DNA from: Spirochaetota bacterium
GTDB taxonomy: Bacteria > Spirochaetota > UBA4802 > UB4802
Reading direction: 5' to 3'
Assembly (NCBI GenBank): GCA_026414805.1
Contig: JAOAIH010000002.1
Location: 7,156 to 71,155 of the forward strand
DNA length: 64,000 nucleotides
Position 1 is the first letter of the stretch; every line of letters starts with the position of its first letter. A program made the position numbers and the translations under genes. The notes beneath the pieces were generated by a model. It searched no databases, had not been told where the DNA came from, and saw only the letters and a list, made by a program, of their open reading frames with translations. Positions 56,439 to 64,000 of this stretch are shown piece after piece.

Positions 56439-58193
56439 ATGGAGCTATCGCCCAACATAAAACAAAGAATACAGATATTACCCGATGCTGTAAAAAGAAA
56501 AATAGCTGCGGGCGAAGTTATTGATGGCCCTTATTCCGTAATTAAAGAACTTGTGGAAAATGCCATAGATGCCCAAGCCAGCCAAATTGAAATTGAAATT
56601 GAGGAAAGTGGGCTAAAGCGAATTGTTGTTAAAGATAACGGTATTGGCATATACAGGGAAGACCTGCCATTAGCGGTTGAAGAACATGCTACCAGTAAAA
56701 TCAGAAATATTGAAGACATTTTTTCAATTATAACCATGGGGTTTAGAGGCGAAGCGCTGTCAAGTATTGCAGAAGTATCAAAATGCACAATTTTGTCACA
56801 TACACAGGATGAAGATATCGGTGGCAAGCTTGTTGTTTCTGACGGTAAAAAAGAAATGTATGATTGGGCAGGTCCACATGGAACTACAGTTATTATAGAA
56901 AATCTTTTTTATAACACACCTGCACGGAAAAAATTCATCAAAGGATTAAAGGCCGAACTCAATCGCATTAAGGATATTATATTTTCAATAGCGTTGGCAA
57001 ATCCGCATATACAATTCAAAGTAACTATCGATAACAAAACTACATTTTTATTTGAACCAGCTGATACTTTGCAACGCATTGGGCAGATTTATGGCAGTGA
57101 AGTGGCAAGCAATATGATATATGGTTCACTTACAGATTTGCAGTGTACAATGGAGGGCTATTGCTCTAATCCTCACTATTACCGTTCCAACAGGTCAATG
57201 CAGTTTTTGTTTGTTAATCGCAGGCCTGTTCAGTTTCAATATTTTAGTTTTATATTACAGCAGGTATATCAATCTATTTTACACAAAGGTCAATATCCAG
57301 CTGCTTTTATTTTTTGCACAATAAATCCCGAATTAATTGATGTGAATGTACATCCTGCAAAAAAAGAGATCAGGTTTTTTGATAGCAATTACATCCATGC
57401 GATGATTTACAATTTTGTAAATAAGGTGATTAGCCAAACTGTGTTCACATTTCCAATCAAAGATAAGGATAATGAAAATATCCTACACCAAGAAACCCAT
57501 ACTACAACGCAAATTACTGATAATTCCTCTAATATTTTTGAAGCACCACCTTTAGTGTATTTAAACCAGACTGCTGTAAACAAGAATACTGTAATAAAAG
57601 AGGTGCAACGCTTATATACAGATCTTAAGCATAGAGATTATGAAGTACTGGGTACTGTATTTGGTACCTACATTTTGATTCAAAAACAAGATAACCTTTA
57701 CATAATAGATTTTCACGCTGCTCATGAAAAAAAAATATTTGATTATCTTATGCGTATAGATTCTACCGTGGGAAGCCAACAGTTGCTTATGCCTGTTGTC
57801 ATGGAGCTTTCGCCTGATTTACTCATTGATGTTAGTAATTATCATGATATCCTTGCACAGTATGGAATTATTATAGACCAATTTGATGATCATTCTATTA
57901 TTGTCAATGCTGTCCCTGATTTTTGCTCTACTAATGATATTGAAGGATTGGTAAGGGATATTATCGATAGTATCCATGAAAACAAAAATTCAATACACGA
58001 TATTAAAATTAAAATAATTGAAAAAATTGCTTGCCATTCTGCAAAACGAGCACACGATACAATTAATCACGATGATATAATTGCAATTGCTGATTATACA
58101 TTTTCAACAAATGATTATCGCTGCCCACATGGAAGGCCATTTGTATATGTACTATCAAAAACTGAATTAGAGAGGTTTTTCAAGCGATCATGA
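56439..58193 (+). CDS. mutL: DNA mismatch repair protein MutL
   Basis: GHKL ATPase N-terminus ('IQILPDAVKRKIAAGEVIDGPYSVIKELVENAIDAQAS', 'DNGIGI', 'GFRGEAL') plus a C-terminal dimerisation domain. Start assigned to ATG 56439; the ORF is open from TTG 56430. Confidence 0.9.
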   Translation: MELSPNIKQRIQILPDAVKRKIAAGEVIDGPYSVIKELVENAIDAQASQIEIEIEESGLKRIVVKDNGIGIYREDLPLAVEEHATSKIRNIEDIFSIITMGFRGEALSSIAEVSKCTILSHTQDEDIGGKLVVSDGKKEMYDWAGPHGTTVIIENLFYNTPARKKFIKGLKAELNRIKDIIFSIALANPHIQFKVTIDNKTTFLFEPADTLQRIGQIYGSEVASNMIYGSLTDLQCTMEGYCSNPHYYRSNRSMQFLFVNRRPVQFQYFSFILQQVYQSILHKGQYPAAFIFCTINPELIDVNVHPAKKEIRFFDSNYIHAMIYNFVNKVISQTVFTFPIKDKDNENILHQETHTTTQITDNSSNIFEAPPLVYLNQTAVNKNTVIKEVQRLYTDLKHRDYEVLGTVFGTYILIQKQDNLYIIDFHAAHEKKIFDYLMRIDSTVGSQQLLMPVVMELSPDLLIDVSNYHDILAQYGIIIDQFDDHSIIVNAVPDFCSTNDIEGLVRDIIDSIHENKNSIHDIKIKIIEKIACHSAKRAHDTINHDDIIAIADYTFSTNDYRCPHGRPFVYVLSKTELERFFKRS

Positions 58194-58726
58194 AACAAAA
58201 AATAATTTTAGGAATATCATCATCTATTGCTGCATATAAGGCATGTGATCTGGCACGAATGCTCACAAAAGATGGGTATGATGTGTTCTGCGTACTCACG
58301 GAAAATGCCACGCACCTGGTTGCTCCGCTTACATTGCAGACGCTCACTGGGAACCCAGTGTATACAACTAGTTTTGCACTACAATGGCGCCAGATGGGAC
58401 ATATTGAGTTAAAGGAAAATGCTGCATTATTGCTGGTTGCACCTGCAACAGCTAACATTATAGGGAAATTTGCAAATGGCATTGCTGATGATCTTTTAAG
58501 TACTACTTTTTTAGCAGTTGATTGTCCGGTTGTGATAGCTCCTGCCATGAATCCAAATATGTGGAAACATAAGGCGGTACAGGAAAACATAAAAAAATTG
58601 AAGGAATGGGGCTGTATATTTGTTGAGCCTGAAACTGGCCTTGTTGCGTGCGGTGATGAAGGCAAGGGCAGGCTTGCATCTATAGAATCCATCTATGAGG
58701 CAGCTATTTATGCAATTAAACGATAA
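58190..58726 (+). CDS. coaC: phosphopantothenoylcysteine decarboxylase (flavoprotein; CoaC domain), separate ORF
   Basis: 'MKQKIILGISSSIAAYKACDLARML' flavoprotein fold with the 'PAMNPNMW' region. Ends in a TAA that lies in a different frame from the downstream CoaB ORF. 4-bp overlap with mutL. Confidence 0.8.
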   Translation: MKQKIILGISSSIAAYKACDLARMLTKDGYDVFCVLTENATHLVAPLTLQTLTGNPVYTTSFALQWRQMGHIELKENAALLLVAPATANIIGKFANGIADDLLSTTFLAVDCPVVIAPAMNPNMWKHKAVQENIKKLKEWGCIFVEPETGLVACGDEGKGRLASIESIYEAAIYAIKR

Positions 58727-59378
58727 AAAGGTGATAGTTACCGGCGGTCCCACTCGAGAATGGATCGACCCGGTACGGTATATATCCAATGCTTCCAGTG
58801 GCAAGATGGGCATAGCAATAGCTGATGCTGCATATAAAAAATGCAAGGAACTTATCTTCATCCATGGGCCTATTGATGCATCATTGATTGCTGCAAAAAC
58901 TTACCGGTGTATAGGTGTGGAAAGCACTGTTGATATGCTTGAGGCTGTACAGAATGAGCTGTCGCCAGGTTGCATTTTAATAATGGCTGCTGCACCTGCT
59001 GATTATAAACCGGTAACAAAATCTCCTGTTAAAATTAAAAAAACAAATGAAAATCTTACTATTGAATTACAACGAAATCCTGATATTTTAAAAACAATAG
59101 CAAAACTAAAGAAAGATAAAAGTGAATTCAAAGATGTTGTTCTGATTGGTTTTGCTGCTGAAACTACTGATGTGATAGCCTATGGCAAAGCAAAGCTTAT
59201 TGAAAAAGAGCTGTCGATGATTTGCATCAATGATGTAAGTCGTAATGATACTGGGTTTGGAAGTGATTATAATGAAGTTACCGTGATGCTTGCAAATGGC
59301 AGTGTATTTGATCTTCATAAGATGACTAAAAAGGAAGTAGCTGAAGGGATAATCAATATTATAATTAATGAATTATAA
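58695..59378 (+). CDS. coaB: phosphopantothenate--cysteine ligase (CoaB domain), separate ORF in +1 frame
   Basis: 'VIVTGGPTREWIDPVRYISNASSGKMG' is the CoaB signature. In most bacteria this domain is fused to CoaC as Dfp. Here it overlaps coaC by 32 nt in another frame. Confidence 0.75.
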   Translation: MRQLFMQLNDKKVIVTGGPTREWIDPVRYISNASSGKMGIAIADAAYKKCKELIFIHGPIDASLIAAKTYRCIGVESTVDMLEAVQNELSPGCILIMAAAPADYKPVTKSPVKIKKTNENLTIELQRNPDILKTIAKLKKDKSEFKDVVLIGFAAETTDVIAYGKAKLIEKELSMICINDVSRNDTGFGSDYNEVTVMLANGSVFDLHKMTKKEVAEGIINIIINEL

Positions 59379-59441
59379 TTTTTCACAAATATATTTATTT
59401 ACTCACTGGGTAAGACTATGCCGTACTGATAATAACAATAC

Positions 59442-60134
59442 TTATAATAATATTGTATTTTTATATTTTGCTAAAATCCTTTTATTGAAAATATCGTTGC
59501 ACACAATTCTACCTTTTTCAAGTACAATGATCCTATTGGCTAATTGTTGAACAGCATATGCTGAATGTGTGGAAAATATCACAGGTACTGAAATTCCTTT
59601 TAATATATTTAAAACAGCATCTGCTGACGGTTTATCTAAATTGGCTAATGGTTCATCAAGTAAAAGTATTTTTGGTTTTTTTGCAAGTACGGCAGCCAAT
59701 GCTGCCCGTTTCATCTGTCCACTTGAAAGGGCTAATGGATTATGAAAGATGCTATCTCCAAGCTGAACTTTTTCAAGCCACATTTGTGCCTGTAACTTTT
59801 TATCTTCCTTTGAGCCTTCCTTGATGCTGAGCATTACATCATTTAAAAGGTCAGGCATTATGAACTGATATTCAACCTGTGAAAACAGCATGCCAACGTT
59901 TTTTCTTATTGTTGATTTATTGCTATTAGTTAGTGGAATATCAAAAATAGTAATTTTACCACTTGTTGGCAATTGCAATGCTGATAATAATAAAAGTAAG
60001 GTTGACTTGCCCGATCCATTGTGCCCAATAACAGCTACTTTTTGATTATACATTAGCGAAAAGGATATATCCTTTAAAGCTTCAGTTCCATTTGGATATC
60101 TATATGACACGTTTTCTACGCTAATTATTTTCAT
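59442..60134 (-). CDS. ABC ATPase, ECF/CbiO-type energizing component
   Basis: Walker A 'GHNGSGKSTLL', ABC signature 'LSSGQMKRAALAAV', and Walker B 'ILLLDEPLANLD'. 230 aa. Confidence 0.85.
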   Translation of the reverse strand: MKIISVENVSYRYPNGTEALKDISFSLMYNQKVAVIGHNGSGKSTLLLLLSALQLPTSGKITIFDIPLTNSNKSTIRKNVGMLFSQVEYQFIMPDLLNDVMLSIKEGSKEDKKLQAQMWLEKVQLGDSIFHNPLALSSGQMKRAALAAVLAKKPKILLLDEPLANLDKPSADAVLNILKGISVPVIFSTHSAYAVQQLANRIIVLEKGRIVCNDIFNKRILAKYKNTILL

Positions 60135-60150
60135 GACTGTAATTATACCA

Positions 60151-60807
60151 TCAAAAAATAATATTTATAATGAGAAGTATTATTATTAGTACAGTAACAA
60201 TATATTCTTTCATTGAATAGTTATGGTAAATAATTATTTCTGGTATTGTATCAGCAGTACGTGAAATAATTCCATTTCTGTAATGTGCAAGTGAATAAAA
60301 CTGATTTGAAACAAATGCTACAGAATAATATTTTGGTATATAATATTTCTCATTGCTTTTCATGTTGATGCGTGACTGAATCTGATATACTATCATTGTA
60401 TTCAATCGTAATAATTTATACAGAATACGTGTAAACACCAGGAAAAAAAGTTTTATTGTATCAGGAAAAACATTAATAAATGCTTTGAATCCATTGCTGC
60501 CAATAAAAAAGCGAGAGCCTATAATGATTATTGTGGCACATACTATTTTAAATGTAGTTTGTATTATCAAAAAAACATTATATTGTGAAAAAATTAATCC
60601 ACTTACTATTTGCATTATTATAATAGTTATTACCAGAGGAATAATAATTATTAATGTATAACGCATATATGCTGGAATATTACTATAATAAATAAAAGCA
60701 AATATAATACACGACACAAACCATAATAAAGACATTTCGGTGAATACAGTGATAAATATAAGCACACTAATAGTTATAATAATTTTAACCCATTCAAATA
60801 AAGGCAT
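60151..60807 (-). CDS. ECF transporter transmembrane (T/CbiQ-like) component
   Basis: 218-aa protein with ~5 TM segments and Arg-containing cytoplasmic segments near the C-terminus. Lies between the methyltransferase and the ATPase with 1-bp coupling. Confidence 0.5.
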   Translation of the reverse strand: MPLFEWVKIIITISVLIFITVFTEMSLLWFVSCIIFAFIYYSNIPAYMRYTLIIIIPLVITIIIMQIVSGLIFSQYNVFLIIQTTFKIVCATIIIIGSRFFIGSNGFKAFINVFPDTIKLFFLVFTRILYKLLRLNTMIVYQIQSRINMKSNEKYYIPKYYSVAFVSNQFYSLAHYRNGIISRTADTIPEIIIYHNYSMKEYIVTVLIIILLIINIIF

Positions 60808-61427
60808 TATGATACTTCCGCATGTATGAAGTTCAACTCAGGTTGGTCTATATACTGTTTCATTATAAATCCTGTTTGGTGGAGCATGTTTTGTATTTCT
60901 TCACGGTATGGCATATAATCTCTGCTTACCGGTGCATTGAGATTATGATGGAAATCATTGAGCGTTTTTGTATCTGATAGGTGAAAGATATACAGCAGGC
61001 CATTCTGCTTTAAACATTCATGACATTTTTTTAATGCCTGTAATTTATCCTCAATATGAGGGAAAACAGCAAAACACAGTATAACATCAATACTGTTATG
61101 GGGTAAAGAAATATCTTCAAGGGGTGAAACGATATATTGAATATTAAAAAAACGCTTATGCCGTTCTTTAGCTACTTCAATCATCTTGTCAGATGCATCA
61201 ACAGCAATCAAAGAACCGTTAGGCCCAATGTATTCTTGAATAATCGGGAAAAGCACCCCTGTACCGCAACCAACATCCAGTACGCAATCGCCATTTTTAA
61301 TGTGCATCATTTCAAAAATTTTTTTAATTTTTTGTAATCTAACTGCATCATTACCAACAACTTCGTCCCAATTTTTACTTAAATTATTGAAGTATAGTAT
61401 TTTATCATCATAATTGCTATTTACCAT
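60807..61427 (-). CDS. class I SAM-dependent methyltransferase
   Basis: Motif I 'VLDVGCGTGVLF' and an acidic motif II 'LIAVDASDKM'. 206 aa. Embedded between the S and T components of the ECF operon, with an 11-bp overlap upstream and a 1-bp overlap downstream. Confidence 0.8.
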   Translation of the reverse strand: MVNSNYDDKILYFNNLSKNWDEVVGNDAVRLQKIKKIFEMMHIKNGDCVLDVGCGTGVLFPIIQEYIGPNGSLIAVDASDKMIEVAKERHKRFFNIQYIVSPLEDISLPHNSIDVILCFAVFPHIEDKLQALKKCHECLKQNGLLYIFHLSDTKTLNDFHHNLNAPVSRDYMPYREEIQNMLHQTGFIMKQYIDQPELNFIHAEVS

Positions 61428-61950
61428 AACTATCGCCTATTTTTTGTAATAATGAAGTAATACTAATAACAGCTGGTGGTGTTATTATAATTAGTAATAT
61501 GATACCCGGAAAACTTTTAAAAAGGTCGTATATACTGAACACTGCCACTGATATTTTAAAGTAAGGTAGCAGAAATGCATATAATATATAGAGAACAATT
61601 CTATCTATAATAATAGCAGTTATTATAACTAAATAATTGTTTAAATTGAATTTGTGCTTTAACGCTGATATAACACAACAAAAAATTGACAATTCAACAA
61701 CCATAATAAACGTAATTGGGGGATAGAGAGGAGGCATGCCTGTTACAATAGTTGATGTTATGGGTGCGATAGCTCCTGCTAAAACAGCATAACCCGGTGT
61801 AAGAAAATATGCTCCAATCGACAGTGGAATAAACATTGGTAAAAAGATTGACCCCAGTCCTAACATGTGGAATAGAATAGGTAATAGGACAGCACAAGCT
61901 GCAGATATAGCAGTGATAATTATTTGATTTATGTGAAACTCATCATGCAT
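61417..61950 (-). CDS. small 6-TM membrane protein, putative ECF transporter substrate-capture (S) component
   Basis: 177-aa protein with ~6 TM segments. It is the first gene of the S-MT-T-A string. N-terminus is MHDEFH... Confidence 0.45.
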   Translation of the reverse strand: MHDEFHINQIIITAISAACAVLLPILFHMLGLGSIFLPMFIPLSIGAYFLTPGYAVLAGAIAPITSTIVTGMPPLYPPITFIMVVELSIFCCVISALKHKFNLNNYLVIITAIIIDRIVLYILYAFLLPYFKISVAVFSIYDLFKSFPGIILLIIITPPAVISITSLLQKIGDSYGK

Positions 61951-62128
61951 ACTAATATTATTATTATACTATTTTTAGTTTAATAAATCAGCTTTTGTAA
62001 TACGTTGATTATCATAATTTTTATCAAGAAGTTTTTTCTTTTTTATATAATTTTTTTCTTGAACTGCACAATATAATAGATATGTTTGTAATAAGTGGTT
62101 GAACCACTGAACCACCAAAACAAGGAGA

Positions 62129-63850
62129 ATGTTTATGGCAAAAAAATTTATACCTGACTGGTCCGAAAAAGCACCAGAGCCGTATTCATATCGTTCAATT
62201 TTCAAATGGGGTAATCCGCAAACATTTAAACATCCTAATCCAAAGTTATATCAAGAATTAAAAGAAATATTTAAACTTGATGATAGTTATTTTGCCAGTA
62301 AGAAAAATGAGGGACGAGAAGAAGTTAAGTATTCAAAACCGGTTAAATTAAGTAAAAAACATATTGAGGCTTTGGCAAAAATTGTAGGCTATGAAAACGT
62401 AAGTACCAAAGAATATGATAGGCTAAAATTTGCCACTGGTAAAACATTAGAAGAAGCATTGAAACTACGACAAGGTATTGTAGAACGTGTAGCTGATTGT
62501 GTTGTGCACCCTCGAGATACTGAAGATGTGGAAAAAGTTGTATCATATTGCAATAAACATAAAATCCCAGTATATGTGTATGGCGGTGGTTCGTCAGTAA
62601 ATTTTGGATTACGTCCAGCTAAGGGTGGTGTTACACTTGTCTTATCAACACATATGAATAAAATATTGCAACTTAATGAAACAAACCAAACAGTTACTGT
62701 ACAGGCTGGTATTTTAGGGCCTGCACTTGAAGAAGCATTAAACAATGCAAAAAAACTTTACGGCACAAAATATAATTACACCTGCGGCCATTTTCCGCAA
62801 TCGTTTGAATATTCTTCAATTGGCGGTTGGATTGTGACTCTTGGTTCGGGTCAGGCATCAAGCTATTACGGCGATGCCTACGACCTTGTTATCAGCATGA
62901 AATGGGTAACTCCTGTCGGTACTTTTACTACAAAAGACTACGCAGCCACAGCAACGGGCCCAAAAGTAAATGATATTATGAAAGGTTGTGAAGGCACCTT
63001 TGGAGTTCTTGTTGAAGTGACATGGAAAATTTACCGGTATATGCCAAAAAACCGAAAGAGGTTTGGATTTATATTTAAAACATTTGAAGATGCTGTAAAC
63101 GCTTCTCGTGAAATTTCGCAGGGTGAATTTGGTATGCCAGCAGTATTCAGAATCTCAGACGAAGAAGAAACACATATTGGATTAAAATTGTATGGAATAG
63201 ATGGTACAATATTAGATAAACTGATGCAACTGCGAGGCTATAAACCAATGCAGCGCTGCCTGTTTATAGGCTCAGCCGAAGGACAAAAGAATTTTACAAA
63301 GAATATTAAAAAGCAGGTAAAGAAAATATGCAAAAAATATGGTGGCCTGTATATAACAGGTTTACCAACACGTATGTGGGAGCCGGGGAGGTATAAGGAT
63401 CCTTATATACGTGAAGACTTAAATGATTATGGCATTGTAATTGATACTCTTGAGACTAGTGTAAAATGGGATAACATTCATGATGTGCATAAAGCAGTGC
63501 GACAATTCATAAAAGCAAGACCTCAGACTGTATGCATGACACATGCATCACATTTTTATCCACAGGGTACAAATCTATATTTTATCTATATTATGAAAAC
63601 TGACGACATCAATGAGTATATTAAATTCCAGGATGGCATTATTGATACAATTGCAAAAAGTGGCGGTTCATTGAGCCATCATCATGGTGTAGGGCGAATG
63701 TTAGCGCCATGGATGGAAGAACATATTGGCAAAGAACAGATGGCAGTGCTTCGTGCACTTAAAAGACATTTTGATCCTAACAATATAATGAATCCTGGCG
63801 GACAGTTGGGACTGGATTTAAAAGATAAGAATTGGAGGAATATTAAATAG
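62129..63850 (+). CDS. FAD-linked oxidase of the alkyldihydroxyacetonephosphate synthase (AGPS) family
   Basis: AAGGAG Shine-Dalgarno. An N-terminal extension with 'FKWGNPQ', an FAD_binding_4 domain ('VYVYGGGSSVNFG', 'TVQAGI'), and a C-terminal 'SLSHHHGVGRM...FDPNNIMNPG' containing the AGPS-diagnostic HHH triad. Confidence 0.8.
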   Translation: MFMAKKFIPDWSEKAPEPYSYRSIFKWGNPQTFKHPNPKLYQELKEIFKLDDSYFASKKNEGREEVKYSKPVKLSKKHIEALAKIVGYENVSTKEYDRLKFATGKTLEEALKLRQGIVERVADCVVHPRDTEDVEKVVSYCNKHKIPVYVYGGGSSVNFGLRPAKGGVTLVLSTHMNKILQLNETNQTVTVQAGILGPALEEALNNAKKLYGTKYNYTCGHFPQSFEYSSIGGWIVTLGSGQASSYYGDAYDLVISMKWVTPVGTFTTKDYAATATGPKVNDIMKGCEGTFGVLVEVTWKIYRYMPKNRKRFGFIFKTFEDAVNASREISQGEFGMPAVFRISDEEETHIGLKLYGIDGTILDKLMQLRGYKPMQRCLFIGSAEGQKNFTKNIKKQVKKICKKYGGLYITGLPTRMWEPGRYKDPYIREDLNDYGIVIDTLETSVKWDNIHDVHKAVRQFIKARPQTVCMTHASHFYPQGTNLYFIYIMKTDDINEYIKFQDGIIDTIAKSGGSLSHHHGVGRMLAPWMEEHIGKEQMAVLRALKRHFDPNNIMNPGGQLGLDLKDKNWRNIK

Positions 63851-63866
63851 AAAATGAAATATTATA

Positions 63867-63887
63867 GGGGCGAATATCCTTCGCCCC
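63867..63887. terminator. perfect 8-bp stem hairpin (GGGGCGAA-tatcc-TTCGCCCC), candidate bidirectional terminator between convergent genes
   Basis: GC-rich palindrome 16 nt after the AGPS-like stop and 12 nt after the stop of the minus-strand gene at 63899. The flanks are only moderately U-rich on either strand. Confidence 0.5.
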
Positions 63888-63898
63888 TAAACAGTTTA

Positions 63899-64000
63899 TT
63901 AGAACGTATGGTTAAAGTTTACAGATATTGATGTATCCTCTTTACTCATACCATAGTAGAAGTGTATAATTGTAGCCATATTCCAAGCAATAACCAAACC
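63899..64000 (-). CDS. C-terminal fragment of unidentified minus-strand gene (runs off window end)
   Basis: Open reverse frame ending ...GLVIAWNMATIIHFYYGMSKEDTSISVNFNHTF-stop, with the stop codon at 63901..63899. Too short to assign. Confidence 0.3.
   Translation of the reverse strand, partial: GLVIAWNMATIIHFYYGMSKEDTSISVNFNHTF

Noticed and set aside
61417-61950. CbiM/NikM assignment for the S component based on the Met-His N-terminus
   Set aside because: CbiM/NikM proteins are ~220-250 aa with 7 TMs and a longer conserved N-terminal loop. This protein is 177 aa with ~6 TMs, so it is kept as a generic ECF S component.
61951-62128. Riboswitch or small ORF (61975..62205) in the leader of the ECF operon
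   Set aside because: No recognisable FMN, TPP, cobalamin (B12-box), preQ1 or SAM cores. The 76-aa ORF has no Shine-Dalgarno and a low-complexity composition. A short GTGGT/ACCAC hairpin near the AGPS Shine-Dalgarno is too small to call.
1-64000. CRISPR arrays, tRNA/rRNA genes, integrases/transposases, prophage or toxin-antitoxin modules
   Set aside because: No regularly spaced short direct repeats. No GC-rich cloverleaf-sized islands in intergenic regions. No recombinase or transposase-like ORFs. All intergenic gaps are under 350 bp.

Overview
AT-rich bacterial chromosomal segment, roughly one-third G+C by eye. Shine-Dalgarno sites are present, partner-switching proteins (SpoIIE/PP2C phosphatase, STAS) are abundant, and lipobox-like signals occur, so the source is a diderm, possibly Spirochaetes/Leptospira-like; the lineage cannot be fixed from sequence alone. 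Coding density is high with many overlapping or abutting genes, and most of the window is housekeeping. Identified genes: folC, aroE, thiDN, nif3 with its zinc-ribbon partner, an RNase H-like gene coupled to recJ, murJ, nfeD with an SPFH/stomatin gene, mutS, miaB, a family III CoA-transferase, purB, agcS, an oppABC-like cluster lacking ATPases, a lambda-like PPP phosphatase, a SpoIIE-TPR phosphatase, slt, glgA, gpmI, two STAS proteins, cobB, mutL, a split coaC/coaB, an ECF-type transporter operon with an embedded methyltransferase, and an AGPS-like FAD oxidase carrying the HHH motif. The standout is a ~13.6 kb plus-strand surface-protein locus (23.9-37.6 kb). It comprises a small membrane-anchored protein, a 1642-aa lipoprotein with 13 tandem SbsA/Big_5-type Ig-like domains and a MAM/jelly-roll-like C-terminus, a 1737-aa protein with 11 tandem ~90-aa beta-sandwich repeats of an unrecognised type followed by two carboxypeptidase-regulatory-like domains and a PPC-like C-terminus, then two predicted outer-membrane beta-barrel proteins, closed by a strong intrinsic terminator. 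No rRNA, tRNA, CRISPR array, integrase or transposase was seen.
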